Assembly (NCBI GenBank): GCA_951801995.1
Contig: CATOOY010000002.1
Span: 1 to 35,340 of the forward strand
Origin: an uncultured Erysipelotrichaceae bacterium
GTDB taxonomy: Bacteria > Bacillota_I > Bacilli_A > RF39 > UBA660
DNA length: 35,340 nucleotides
Direction of reading: 5' to 3'
Both the position numbers and the translations under genes were made by a program. Below, in pieces: positions 16,003-25,248 of the stretch (the stretch's first letter is position 1; every line of letters starts with the position of its first letter). The notes beneath the pieces are model-generated. The model did not search any database and had not been told where the DNA came from. It worked only from the letters and a program-made list of their open reading frames with translations.

Positions 16003-18153
16003 TTATTTTATTTTAGGATCCAGTAAAGACAAAGAAACCTTTTCTTTTTCTTTAAAAATTTCTTCTACATAACAATCCACAATATCCCCCACACTCACTA
16101 CCTCACTTGGATGTTTAATATACTTATTTGTAAGTTTAGAAATATGGGCAAGTCCATCATTATGAAGACCTATATCAATAAAAGCACCAAAATCTACTAC
16201 ATTGCGAACTGTACCTTGTAATTTCATTCCCACCTTTAAATCATCAAGTTCTAATACATCACTTTTTAAAAGAGGCTTAGGCATTTCATCACGAGGATCT
16301 CTATTCGGTTTTTGAAAACTCTTTAAAATATCTTCTACAGTATATTTATCAGTATGAAATTCATTTACTACATCTTCTATAGATAAAGAAACAGTTTTAT
16401 TTTTAATTTCCTCTGTTCCCATATCTTCCACCTTACAACCTATTTTTTTAAGAATCATAAGAGCAACGTCATAACTTTCTGGATGAATAGAAGTTTGATC
16501 AAGTACATTACTACCATCAATAATACGAAGAAAGCCAACTGCTTGTTCGTATGTTTTAGGAGTAAGTATTTTCTTAATCTCTTCTCTAGATAATATTTTA
16601 CCCTTTGCATTTCTATAATCCAATATCTTTTGAATACTCGTTTTGGTTAAACCAGATATATACTTAAGTAAACTAGAAGAAGCTGTATTAACATTAACAC
16701 CCACATTATTTACAGCTTTACTAACTACAAAATCTAATGATTCGGATAATTTTTTATTAGCAACATCATGTTGGTAAAGTCCCACACCTATACTCTCAGG
16801 ATCTATTTTTACAAGTTCAGAAAGAGGATCTTGTAAACGTCTACCAATACTAATAGCACTTCTTTTTTCTACTGTTAAATCAGGAAATTCTTCTATCGCA
16901 AGTGGGGATGCAGAATACACACTAGCACCTGCTTCAGATACCAAAATATATGCACATTTATGTTGTGCCTCTTTCAATATTTTAGCTATAAAAGCCTCAC
17001 TTTCTCGAGATGCAGTTCCATTACCAATCGCTACAATATCAATATGATATTGATGAATTAAATCAAGTACTTTTTGTTTAGAACGCTCAAATTCATTTCT
17101 AGGTTCATGTGGATAAATAACTTCAATCGCTATTTTTTTCCCAGTAGGATCTATAACAGCAAGTTTACAACCAGTACGATAAGCAGGATCAAATCCAAGC
17201 ACCCACTTATCCTTCATAGGAGGTTGCAATAAAAGTTTTTCTAAATTATCACTAAAATTAGAAATAGCAGCTTCCTCCCCTTTTTCTGTTAAATCACTGC
17301 GAATTTCTCTTTGAATAGAAGGAAAAATAAGTCTCTTTAAACTATCTTTTATAGCAAGACATACTTCTTCTTTTACAAAAGAGTTCTCATTTTTAATGAT
17401 TTTTTTCTCTAAAAAAGAAACAATAGCATCTTCATCTACATCAATAGAAACAGTAAGTATCCCTTCTTTTTCTCCTCTATTGAAAGCAAGAATACGATGT
17501 GGTTTTACTCTTTTTACTTCTTCTTTATAATCATAATACATTTCATATACTTTTTTCTCATCTTCGCTATTTTTCTTCTTTTTAGAAACTAAAAAACCAT
17601 TTTTATAAACAAAGGTACGAATCCATTTACGATAATAAGCATTATCACTAATATATTCAGCAATAATATATTTAGCTCCTAATATAGCATCCTTTTCTGT
17701 TTTTACATTTTCAGTAAGATAAGGTTTTGTTAAAATAGTAAAATTCCCCTCTACTGGAAAAGACATCATCTTTTTCGCTAGAGGTTCTAATCCATTTTTG
17801 ATAGCCTCTGTAGCTTTTGTTTTTTTCTTTTCTTTATAAGGTCTATACAAATCTTCTACCTCAACTAGTTTTTTAGCATCTAAAATTTGTTTCTGTAGTT
17901 CTTCTGTAAGTAAGCCTTTCTCATCAATAAGGCGTATTACATCTTCTTTTCTTTTCAGTAAATTTACTTCATATACATAATATTCATTTATTTTACGAAT
18001 TTCTTCTTCATTAAGAGCACCTGTAGCCTCTTTTCTATATCTAGCTATAAAAGGAATAGTGCTTCCTTCTTTAAGCAAAGTTAAAGTGGCCTTAATGCCA
18101 CTTTCTTTTATATTAAGTTCTTTTGCTATTTCTTTTATGATATTTTCATTCAT
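16003..18153 (-). CDS. tex: Tex-like transcription accessory protein (YqgF/RuvC-like, HhH and C-terminal S1 domains)
   Basis: 716 aa. The N-terminus has the IPFIARYRKEATG motif. The C-terminal S1 domain reads GMKLQGTVRNVVDFGAFIDIGLHNDGLAHISKL. Confidence 0.92.
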   Translation of the reverse strand: MNENIIKEIAKELNIKESGIKATLTLLKEGSTIPFIARYRKEATGALNEEEIRKINEYYVYEVNLLKRKEDVIRLIDEKGLLTEELQKQILDAKKLVEVEDLYRPYKEKKKTKATEAIKNGLEPLAKKMMSFPVEGNFTILTKPYLTENVKTEKDAILGAKYIIAEYISDNAYYRKWIRTFVYKNGFLVSKKKKNSEDEKKVYEMYYDYKEEVKRVKPHRILAFNRGEKEGILTVSIDVDEDAIVSFLEKKIIKNENSFVKEEVCLAIKDSLKRLIFPSIQREIRSDLTEKGEEAAISNFSDNLEKLLLQPPMKDKWVLGFDPAYRTGCKLAVIDPTGKKIAIEVIYPHEPRNEFERSKQKVLDLIHQYHIDIVAIGNGTASRESEAFIAKILKEAQHKCAYILVSEAGASVYSASPLAIEEFPDLTVEKRSAISIGRRLQDPLSELVKIDPESIGVGLYQHDVANKKLSESLDFVVSKAVNNVGVNVNTASSSLLKYISGLTKTSIQKILDYRNAKGKILSREEIKKILTPKTYEQAVGFLRIIDGSNVLDQTSIHPESYDVALMILKKIGCKVEDMGTEEIKNKTVSLSIEDVVNEFHTDKYTVEDILKSFQKPNRDPRDEMPKPLLKSDVLELDDLKVGMKLQGTVRNVVDFGAFIDIGLHNDGLAHISKLTNKYIKHPSEVVSVGDIVDCYVEEIFKEKEKVSLSLLDPKIK

Positions 18154-18164
18154 GTTTATACTCC

Positions 18165-18824
18165 TTAATCAATACGATTTTTATCTAAAAAATGAATAAG
18201 TTCTTTCTTTGTACTTGCACCAAACAAACTATCTTTGACAGTACCATTTTCAAATATAATAAGCATAGGTTCTATATAAGTATCTTTTGTAAGATCAATT
18301 GCATTCATAAAACCAATAATTTGATTTCTTTCTTTTATAAGACCAAGATCTAAGAATTTCACTTTTGTTTTTCGACTACGTGCTACTTCTATTAAAATAT
18401 CTTCATATTCTCTATTTAAATCACTATTTTTAGTCGCAATATAAACAATTTCTTTTTCCTCAGACTTACTTATTTTTTCATAAGTCCCAAGATCTATTTC
18501 TTCAAAAGTATTTTCTACCGTTCCTACATTTTGTAAAACAAAAGAAACTCCAGTGTAAATAAAAAACGCAATTAAAATAGAAGAAAGAGCTAAAATTATA
18601 TATTTGTGTTCTCTTGTCATTTCTTGTTTTAAAAGAATATCTTTTACACGATCACGATCTAGTTCCTGTGCTGTTTTCTTAACCTTTTTTGCAGTGCCTT
18701 GGACTTTTTTAGCTGTCGTTTTAGCCGTTTTTTGAACAACCTCTTTCGCTTTTTTTGATGTATTTGTTGTTTTCTTTTTTGGTTTTACTTGTTCTTTTTT
18801 TGTATCTTTTTTCACTTGTGCCAT
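18165..18824 (-). CDS. Single-pass membrane protein with a Lys-rich cytoplasmic tail and an extracytoplasmic thioredoxin-fold-like domain that lacks CxxC
   Basis: The start is probably ATG at 18824 (MAQVKKD..), with a GGAGG SD 9 nt upstream. A TGtTATAAT -10 at 18849-18857 lies inside the longer track ORF. The tail carries TAKK-type repeats (KTAKTTAKKVQGTAKKVKKTAQ). The TM helix is YIILALSSILIAFFIYTGVSFVL. The C-terminal layout resembles a thioredoxin fold but contains no Cys. Confidence 0.65.
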   Translation of the reverse strand: MAQVKKDTKKEQVKPKKKTTNTSKKAKEVVQKTAKTTAKKVQGTAKKVKKTAQELDRDRVKDILLKQEMTREHKYIILALSSILIAFFIYTGVSFVLQNVGTVENTFEEIDLGTYEKISKSEEKEIVYIATKNSDLNREYEDILIEVARSRKTKVKFLDLGLIKERNQIIGFMNAIDLTKDTYIEPMLIIFENGTVKDSLFGASTKKELIHFLDKNRID

Positions 18825-18922
18825 TTTACCAACCTCCATTATATAGTCATTATAACACACCCAAGTAAAAATTGTAAATAAAGTTATTCCCTTCCATAAA
18901 GTAAAATAACATACCTATTTAT

Positions 18923-19438
18923 TTAAAAATAAGGATTATTTTCTTTTTCTTCTTTTAAAGTAGTTGGATCCCCATGACCTGGAAACAAAATAACATCTGA
19001 ATATTTTTGAATGGTATCAATACTTTCTTTCATATCCTTTTCATTTCCACCTTCCAAATCACATCTACCAATTGTTCCCTTAAAGATAAAGTCCCCACAA
19101 AACATCATTTTTTCTTTTTCAAAATAAAAAGTAATAGAATCTTTACTATGTCCCTTTGTCCTTATTATTTCAAAGGTAAAAGGATTGATAGAATAAATAC
19201 CTTCTTCTTTTTTATAATCAAAAATAGGAACATTATATGTTTTAAAAGCTTCCTGAAGTGCACCAATATGATCAAAATGATAATGTGTAATAAAAATAGC
19301 TATTACTTCTTTATTTTTTATATTTTCCTTTATTTTTAAAAATTGATCTCCTGGATCAATAAGAATTACTTTTCCTTCCTTTTCTAAAAGATAGCAATTG
19401 GTAAAAAGAGAGCCTACTATAATATTAGTTACTTTCAT
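18923..19438 (-). CDS. MBL-fold metallo-hydrolase
   Basis: 171 aa with the HxHxDH motif (ITHYHFDHIG), and downstream KGHSKDS and PGHGD motifs. Confidence 0.85.
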   Translation of the reverse strand: MKVTNIIVGSLFTNCYLLEKEGKVILIDPGDQFLKIKENIKNKEVIAIFITHYHFDHIGALQEAFKTYNVPIFDYKKEEGIYSINPFTFEIIRTKGHSKDSITFYFEKEKMMFCGDFIFKGTIGRCDLEGGNEKDMKESIDTIQKYSDVILFPGHGDPTTLKEEKENNPYF

Positions 19439-20339
19439 CTTTTATAACACAATCAAAGAATAATTCTTGGATCACTTTCTCCTGTAATGATTTGGGAAAA
19501 GAAAATCCTGCTGCATTTTTATGTCCTCCCCCTTTTGGATCATATTTTTTAGCAAAAGTACTTAAATCTATTTTTCCATTTCCCCTTAAACTAACTCCAC
19601 CCTGTGGATTTATACAAGCTGCAAAGTCTAAATTCTCATATTTTTGTAGTAAAAAATGGGCAAGCTCATTTCGGTATTTTTCAGCAAATACAATACCTCC
19701 TATATAAGTATCCACTTTTATAAAGAACATTTTCTCACTCTTTTTTTGTAAATACTCCTCTCTATTTCTTTTATCCAAAAGAAACCATTCTTTTTCAAAA
19801 TCATCAAAAACAAAAGTATCTTCTTTTAAACGTTTTGTTATTTTAGAAATATAAATATCTACTCCATATAAAGTAAGTAAATCTGATAAATAAGGAGCAT
19901 CCATATTCCCATCTTCTTCAAAAGTATAAAGATCTAAACTTTTTACAAGTTGAATATAAGTTTTAATACATAATGTATCAAAATCATATATATTTTTTAA
20001 GTATTGATAAAACAAAGAACTTGCACACTCCTTTGTATCTATGGTTACATAGTCTTTATTACTTGCAAATACATGTGTTTGATGATGATCAAATACTTTG
20101 AATTTATCTTTATATTTTGAAGATTCTATTTTGTCGTAATTTTCCTTACTAAGTGTTAAATCTAAAATATAAATATTTTCATATATACTTAAATCTTCTT
20201 CCAAAAATTTATCTATATAATTTTCAACTTCATAAATATCTAATAGTTTATAATCAAAATCTCTTCCTACTATATTCATTAAAATAATAGGCGTGAGACC
20301 ATCATTATCTTTTATATGAGATATTACAAAATCTTTCAT
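19425..20339 (-). CDS. DHH/DHHA1-family phosphoesterase (NrnA-like)
   Basis: 304 aa with DHH motifs HIKDNDG, VFDHHQTH and the DHHA1 motif GGGHKNAAGFS. It overlaps both neighbouring genes, consistent with an operon. Confidence 0.85.
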   Translation of the reverse strand: MKDFVISHIKDNDGLTPIILMNIVGRDFDYKLLDIYEVENYIDKFLEEDLSIYENIYILDLTLSKENYDKIESSKYKDKFKVFDHHQTHVFASNKDYVTIDTKECASSLFYQYLKNIYDFDTLCIKTYIQLVKSLDLYTFEEDGNMDAPYLSDLLTLYGVDIYISKITKRLKEDTFVFDDFEKEWFLLDKRNREEYLQKKSEKMFFIKVDTYIGGIVFAEKYRNELAHFLLQKYENLDFAACINPQGGVSLRGNGKIDLSTFAKKYDPKGGGHKNAAGFSFPKSLQEKVIQELFFDCVIKDESN

Positions 20340-20962
20340 ATTTTTACTCCTTCTATTATATCTTTTACTGGTTTATAACTTTTTCGATATCCTTCTATTA
20401 ATCCATATTTATAAATAGCTTCCAAATGTTTTTTAGTAGGATACCCCTTATGATTTTTAAATCCATACATAGGATACTCTTTATCAAGAGTATACATCAT
20501 CTCATCTCTTGTTACTTTCGCAATCACACTAGCAGCTGCAATACTAATACTTTTTGCATCCCCCTTTATAATAGAGGTTGTTGGTATATCTAAAGAAAGA
20601 GGCATCGCATCTATTAAAACATGTTCTAAATTTATTTTTTCTCTTACTTTCAAAATAGCCCTTTCCATTGCTATTTGTGTAGCTTTGTATATATTATACA
20701 CATCAATCTCATCAGGACTACACATTCCAATTTCACAAGCAACAGCATGTTCTTTAATATAGGAATAAAATAAATTCCTCTTTTTTTCAGATAATTTTTT
20801 TGAATCTGTAAGACCTTCTAATTGAAAATTTCTTGGAAGTACCACACAAGCAGTCACTACAGGACCAATTAAAGGTCCCCTTCCCACTTCATCTACACCC
20901 CCTATATAAAAAAAACCTTTTTCATATAGTTCCTTTTCATACTGATATAAATCTATTTCCAT
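20336..20962 (-). CDS. rnhB: Ribonuclease HII
   Basis: 208 aa with GVDEVGRGPLIGPVV and the DSKKLS motif. Confidence 0.93.
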   Translation of the reverse strand: MEIDLYQYEKELYEKGFFYIGGVDEVGRGPLIGPVVTACVVLPRNFQLEGLTDSKKLSEKKRNLFYSYIKEHAVACEIGMCSPDEIDVYNIYKATQIAMERAILKVREKINLEHVLIDAMPLSLDIPTTSIIKGDAKSISIAAASVIAKVTRDEMMYTLDKEYPMYGFKNHKGYPTKKHLEAIYKYGLIEGYRKSYKPVKDIIEGVKI

Positions 20963-21206
20963 AGTATCCTCCTATAAATAGTATACCAAAAGAAAATGAA
21001 AAAAAGAAGAGTAGAAAAATACTACTCCCACTTAAATATAGATTATTTATATCTTTTACAAAATTAGAAAATGTATAAAAATTAAAAAACAAAGTTTTTA
21101 AATTGTTTCTCTACCCCTTTTTTAGTATATAAAATAGCAGCTATAAATAGACTTCTAACAAAAAAACTTTATCATAAATTCAAAAGGAAACAAATAAATA
21201 TAACTA

Positions 21207-21440
21207 TTATTTTTGTATCAAAGCATCTAATGTAACATCTAATACAACTGATATTCTATAAAAAGTATCCACAGAAAAATTATATCCTACCTTATCACTT
21301 TGAATTTGTCTTATAAAATCATGAGAAAGTTCAACCTTTTCAGCAAGTTGAGCAGATGTAATACCTCTTTGTTTACGATACTTTCTTATATTTTTTCTAA
21401 TTGTACCATAAATATCATCATCAAACTTTAATTTATCCAT
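21207..21440 (-). CDS. XRE-family helix-turn-helix transcriptional regulator
   Basis: 77 aa with IRKYRKQRGITSAQLAEKVELSHDFIRQIQSDK, a typical HTH_3 sequence. Confidence 0.85.
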   Translation of the reverse strand: MDKLKFDDDIYGTIRKNIRKYRKQRGITSAQLAEKVELSHDFIRQIQSDKVGYNFSVDTFYRISVVLDVTLDALIQK

Positions 21441-21454
21441 ATTGTTAAGACCCT

Positions 21455-21497
21455 CCTAACATAATTGTAAAGAAATGTATTGTAAAAATATGTTAGG
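21455..21497. promoter_or_regulatory. Perfect 9-bp inverted repeat CCTAACATA-(25 nt)-TATGTTAGG in the divergent XRE/lipoprotein intergenic region; a candidate operator
   Basis: Read directly. The left arm abuts the XRE gene SD (plus-strand CCCTCC at 21451-21456). The right arm ends 3 nt before the -35 of the plus-strand promoter. The spacer contains the direct repeat ATTGTAAA twice. Confidence 0.4.
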
Positions 21498-21499
21498 TA

Positions 21500-21528
21500 T
21501 TGACTAACAAAATGAATTATGTTATATT
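21500..21528 (+). promoter_or_regulatory. Sigma-A promoter for the lipoprotein gene: TTGACT, 17 nt, TATATT with an extended TG
   Basis: The plus strand reads TTGACTaacaaaatgaattaTGtTATATT. Confidence 0.5.
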
Positions 21529-21610
21529 AAAAACAAGTTAATAAAAGAAAACAGAATAATAAGACAAAAAAACATTTATTAACAAAAAATAGAAATTAAG
21601 AAGTGAGAAT

Positions 21611-22090
21611 TTGACAAAGAAAATGAAAAAAAGCATATTTAGTATATTATGTGTCCTTATACTAGGTATAGCAACAGGATGTGGAGACAAAAAAATGATA
21701 ACAGCAGAGGAATTCAAAACAAAAATGGAAGATAAAGGATATAGTGTACAAGATGCAACAGCACAATTTGCTGAATATGATTTTATAAATAAAGTCTATA
21801 TCGCAATGAGTAGAGATTCATCTTACCAAATTGAGTTTTATACATTATCCAATAATGAAAAAGCAATTGAATTTTTTAATAATAATAAATCCATTTTTGA
21901 AAATACCAAAGCAGGTAGTGGAAAAGAAATAGAAACAAGTTCTAGTATGGGGAACAATGCAAAATATACATTAAATGTAAATAACAAATATAAAGTAGTC
22001 TCAAGAATTGATAACACAGTAGTATTTGCAGATGAAGAAGATAGTCATAAATCTGAAATTAAAGATGTTATAAAAGAATTAGGTTATTAA
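21611..22090 (+). CDS. Putative lipoprotein of unknown function
   Basis: MKKSIFSILCVLILGIATGC carries a lipobox I-A-T-G-C. The real start may be the ATG at 21623 rather than the TTG at 21611. Confidence 0.75.
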   Translation: MTKKMKKSIFSILCVLILGIATGCGDKKMITAEEFKTKMEDKGYSVQDATAQFAEYDFINKVYIAMSRDSSYQIEFYTLSNNEKAIEFFNNNKSIFENTKAGSGKEIETSSSMGNNAKYTLNVNNKYKVVSRIDNTVVFADEEDSHKSEIKDVIKELGY

Positions 22091-22125
22091 AAACCCAATA
22101 AAAATATAAACAAATACAAAAACCA

Positions 22126-22160
22126 CTAAAAAAGAGTAATTTTAAAATCACTCTTTTTTT
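22126..22160. terminator. Bidirectional intrinsic terminator between the convergent lipoprotein and leuS genes
   Basis: AAAAAGAGU-A-AUUUU/AAAAU-C-ACUCUUUUUUU. The hairpin is flanked by an A-run and a T-run, so either strand reads as a stem followed by a U-tract. Confidence 0.6.
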
Positions 22161-24630
22161 ATTGAATAACAATATTAACAAGTTTTTTTGGAATAACTAC
22201 TACTTTGATAATTTCTTTACCATTCAAATATTTTTGAACATTTTCCACATTCTTAGCAAGTTTTTCCATTTCTTCCTTGCTAGTATTGGCATCTACTTCT
22301 ACTTTTCCTCTTACTTTTCCATTAACTTGTACAACCATAAAGAAAGTATCATCTTTTATTTTTTCTTCATCATATAAAGGCCATGATTCATAAGTAATTG
22401 TATCTTCCCCACCTAAAAGACTATGCATCTCTTCACAAATATGTGGAGCAATAGGAGATAATAATTTAATAAAGTTTCTTGCATAAACAAGAGGAATAGT
22501 ATCTTCTTTATAGCATTCATTTATAAAAATCATCATTTGACTAATAGCTGTATTAAAACCAAGTGTTTCATAATCCTCAGTAACTTTTTTTACAGTTTGA
22601 TGATACACTTTATCTAAATTCTTATTTTCTACATCTTTTACTTTTCCACTTTCAATAAGAAGTCTATACACACGATCCAAAAATCTTTTCGCACCTTCTA
22701 CTCCTTGTTCACTCCATGGTTTATCAGCTTCTAAAGGTCCCATAAACATTTCATAAAGTCTAAGTGTATCTGCACCATAATCTCTTACGATATCATCAGG
22801 ATTAATAACATTTCCTCTAGATTTACTCATTTTTTCATTATTAGTTCCCAAAATCATACCTTGATGGAAAAGTTTTCCAAAAGGTTCCTTTGTTTTTACA
22901 ACACCACAGTCATATAAAACCTTGTGCCAAAATCTAGCATAAAGCAAATGTAAAACAGCATGTTCTGCTCCTCCAACATATAAATCAACAGGAAGCCATT
23001 TTTCTAAAAGCTTAGGTGCGCATATTTCTTTTTCATTATGTGGATCAATGTATCTTATATAATACCAACAAGAACCTGCCCATTGTGGCATCGTATTGGT
23101 TTCTCTTTTACCTTTTTTTCCATCTATTTCTACTTCTAACCAATCTTGACAATGTGATAATGGACTTTCCCCTGTCTCACTTGGTTTATAATTATCAGTA
23201 GCAGGTAATTCCAAAGGAAGTTCACCAATATCTACAGTTCTTTGCGTACCATCTTCCATTAAAACAATAGGAATAGGTTCCCCCCAATATCTTTGTCTTG
23301 AAAAAATCCAATCTCTAAGTTTATATTGAATCTTTCTTTCTCCACAACCATTTTCTTCTAAATAAGCAAGCATTTTTTCTATTGCTTCTTCTTTATGTAA
23401 GCCATCTAAAAAACCAGAGTGAATATGAATACCATCACCTGTCATAGCACCTTGATTATTTAGGTAATCAAATGTTTTTCTATGAAGTTCATCTTGTACA
23501 TCACTGTTTTTTCTTTCTTCATTTTCATGAAAAGTTCCCGTTTCTTCTTCTAAAACCTGAACAATAGGTAAATCAAACTTCTTTGCAAAAGCATAATCTC
23601 TCTCATCATGCGCAGGAACTGCCATAATAGCACCTGTCCCATATGTAATAAGAACATAATCAGAAATCCAAATAGGTATTTTCTTACCATTGACAGGATT
23701 TACTGCATAAGCACCTGTAAAAACACCCGTTTTTTCTTTATTTAAATCTGTTCTTTCTAAATCAGATTTATGTGCACATTCTTCTATATAAGATAAAACT
23801 TCCTTCTCTTGCTCCTTTGACATAATTTCTTTTATGAAAGGATGCTCTGGAGCAAGTACACAGTAAGTAGCACCAAATAAAGTATCACATCTAGTTGTAA
23901 AAACAGTAAACTCTTTATTTGTCCCATCTATCTTAAAAATAACATGAGCACCTTCACTTTTTCCAATCCAATTTTTCTGCATCTCTTTTGTTGAAGCTGG
24001 CCAATCTACTAAATCCAAATCTTCAAGTAATCTATCAGCATATTCTGTAATTTTTAAAACCCACTGTCTCATAGGTCTACGAACAACAGGATGCCCTCCT
24101 CTTTCACTTTTTCCATTAATAACTTCCTCATTGGCCAAAACAGCCCCAAGTTTTGGACACCAATTCACTGGAATTTCATCCACATAAGCAAGACCTTTTT
24201 CATAAAGCTTTAAAAAAATCCACTGTGTCCATTTATAATAAGAAGGATCCGTTGTTGCTATTTCTCTATCCCAATCATAAGAAAGCCCCAAAGATTGTAT
24301 CTGTTTTTTAAATACACCTATATTTTTTTTCGTAAACTCTGCAGGATGATTTCCTGTTTGAATAGCATACTGCTCAGCAGGAAGACCAAATGCATCCCAT
24401 CCCATAGGATGAAGAACATTGAATCCTTTCATTCTTTTATAACGAGCAACAATATCTGTTGCTGTATATCCTTCAGGATGACCTACATGAAGACCTTGTC
24501 CAGAAGGATAAGGAAACATATCTAAAACATAATATTTAGGTTTACTATCATCATAAACATTAGTCTGAAATGTTTTATTATTTTCCCAATATTTTTGCCA
24601 TTTAAGCTCTTTTTCTTTAAAATTATACAT
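22159..24630 (-). CDS. leuS: Leucine--tRNA ligase
   Basis: The true start is ATG at 24630 ([21 protein letters not shown]), with an AAAGGAGTG SD. It has HIGH-type (HVGHPEGY) and KMSKS motifs. The 28-codon N-terminal extension in the track is out-of-frame read-through of the upstream small-protein gene. Confidence 0.96.
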   Translation of the reverse strand: MYNFKEKELKWQKYWENNKTFQTNVYDDSKPKYYVLDMFPYPSGQGLHVGHPEGYTATDIVARYKRMKGFNVLHPMGWDAFGLPAEQYAIQTGNHPAEFTKKNIGVFKKQIQSLGLSYDWDREIATTDPSYYKWTQWIFLKLYEKGLAYVDEIPVNWCPKLGAVLANEEVINGKSERGGHPVVRRPMRQWVLKITEYADRLLEDLDLVDWPASTKEMQKNWIGKSEGAHVIFKIDGTNKEFTVFTTRCDTLFGATYCVLAPEHPFIKEIMSKEQEKEVLSYIEECAHKSDLERTDLNKEKTGVFTGAYAVNPVNGKKIPIWISDYVLITYGTGAIMAVPAHDERDYAFAKKFDLPIVQVLEEETGTFHENEERKNSDVQDELHRKTFDYLNNQGAMTGDGIHIHSGFLDGLHKEEAIEKMLAYLEENGCGERKIQYKLRDWIFSRQRYWGEPIPIVLMEDGTQRTVDIGELPLELPATDNYKPSETGESPLSHCQDWLEVEIDGKKGKRETNTMPQWAGSCWYYIRYIDPHNEKEICAPKLLEKWLPVDLYVGGAEHAVLHLLYARFWHKVLYDCGVVKTKEPFGKLFHQGMILGTNNEKMSKSRGNVINPDDIVRDYGADTLRLYEMFMGPLEADKPWSEQGVEGAKRFLDRVYRLLIESGKVKDVENKNLDKVYHQTVKKVTEDYETLGFNTAISQMMIFINECYKEDTIPLVYARNFIKLLSPIAPHICEEMHSLLGGEDTITYESWPLYDEEKIKDDTFFMVVQVNGKVRGKVEVDANTSKEEMEKLAKNVENVQKYLNGKEIIKVVVIPKKLVNIVIQ

Positions 24631-24631
24631 A

Positions 24632-24976
24632 TTATCTACACTCCTTTTTCTGATAATGCACTCCAATAAAATAATAAGAAACAATAATAAGAGGCACCAT
24701 AACCCCCATAGCAACTATAATTTTCAAAACTAAGTTTTCAACAATACTTACAATAAAAACAGTACTAGCTACTACAAAAGAATTGGTAAAAGCAATTACA
24801 TTTGCTAAATTCCTCATTTTAATATGTCTTAAATTTAAATGGTATTTTTTGACAAGAAAAGATACCTCTGTACTTTTCTCAAAATTTTTTAAACTTTTTT
24901 TCCGAAATACAATAAGTACTAAATACAAAATATAAATGAGAAAAAAAGAAATAACAGCGTAAAATACTTCTTCCAT
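24632..24976 (-). CDS. Small integral membrane protein (114 aa, about 3 TM helices) of unknown function
   Basis: GGAG SD lies 7 nt before the ATG. There are three hydrophobic segments. The stop TAA ends 1 nt before the leuS ATG. The gene lies between the T-box leader and leuS. Confidence 0.65.
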   Translation of the reverse strand: MEEVFYAVISFFLIYILYLVLIVFRKKSLKNFEKSTEVSFLVKKYHLNLRHIKMRNLANVIAFTNSFVVASTVFIVSIVENLVLKIIVAMGVMVPLIIVSYYFIGVHYQKKECR

Positions 24977-24979
24977 AAA

Positions 24980-25212
24980 TTCACTCCTTTACACAAAAAA
25001 GCACTATGTCTAAGGACGAGGATTCCCCGCGGTACCACCTTAGTTCATAATACTTTTATGCAACTTTTCTTTTTAACGCAAAGATACGCTATATATTTAT
25101 CATATATAGAGCTCCAAAGCAAGTTCAGAAAGTTTTATTAGAAGTTTTCACCTACCACTTCTTCTCTTTTAAACAAATACTTTCTTACTACTCTTCTTCA
25201 AGGCCATTAACT
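24980..25212 (-). promoter_or_regulatory. T-box leader riboswitch with Leu specifier CUU
   Basis: All of the following are read on the minus strand. (1) A GA/K-turn-like UGAAGAAGAGUAG. (2) A Stem I distal hairpin GAAGU-GGUAGGUGAAA-ACUUC, preceded by AGAGA. (3) A specifier loop UGAA-CUU-G; the CUU corresponds to plus-strand 25121-25123. (4) A Stem II-like helix CUAUAUAU / AUAUAUAG. (5) An F-box-like GCGUUA. (6) The T-box sequence AACUAAGGUGGUACCGCG (25028-25045). (7) An antiterminator formed of CUAAGG, the bulge UGGUACC, GCGGGG-AAU-CCUCGU, and CCUUAG. (8) GCUUUUUU 5 nt before the SD. Confidence 0.85.
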
Positions 25213-25219
25213 AATAAGT

Positions 25220-25248
25220 ATTATATTACATTGAACCAATATAATCAA
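25220..25248 (-). promoter_or_regulatory. Sigma-A promoter for the T-box/leuS operon: TTGATT, 17 nt, TATAAT
   Basis: The minus strand reads acTTGATTatattggttcaatgtaaTATAAT. The -35 lies inside the 3' end of the GH31 gene, and the GH31 TAA stop lies immediately upstream of the -10. Confidence 0.55.

Noticed and set aside
20994-21065. 23-codon plus-strand ORF (MKKRRVEKYYSHLNIDYLYLLQN) upstream of rnhB
   Set aside because: It has no SD and lies opposite to all local transcription. It overlaps a minus-strand hairpin (GAGUAG-UAUUUUU-CUACUC followed by a U-tract) that is more plausibly the XRE-gene terminator.
24631-24714. N-terminal extensions given by the ORF track for leuS (24714), rpoB (11061), nusG (15043), rplK (14267), the 18165 gene (18860) and the pilin ORF start (2433)
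   Set aside because: In each case the upstream residues do not align with the conserved N-terminus. Each extension overlaps the previous gene, an SD, a promoter -10 or a leader hairpin. A downstream ATG or GTG with a proper SD reproduces the canonical N-terminus. For the pilin ORF, the GTG start would delete the processing motif.
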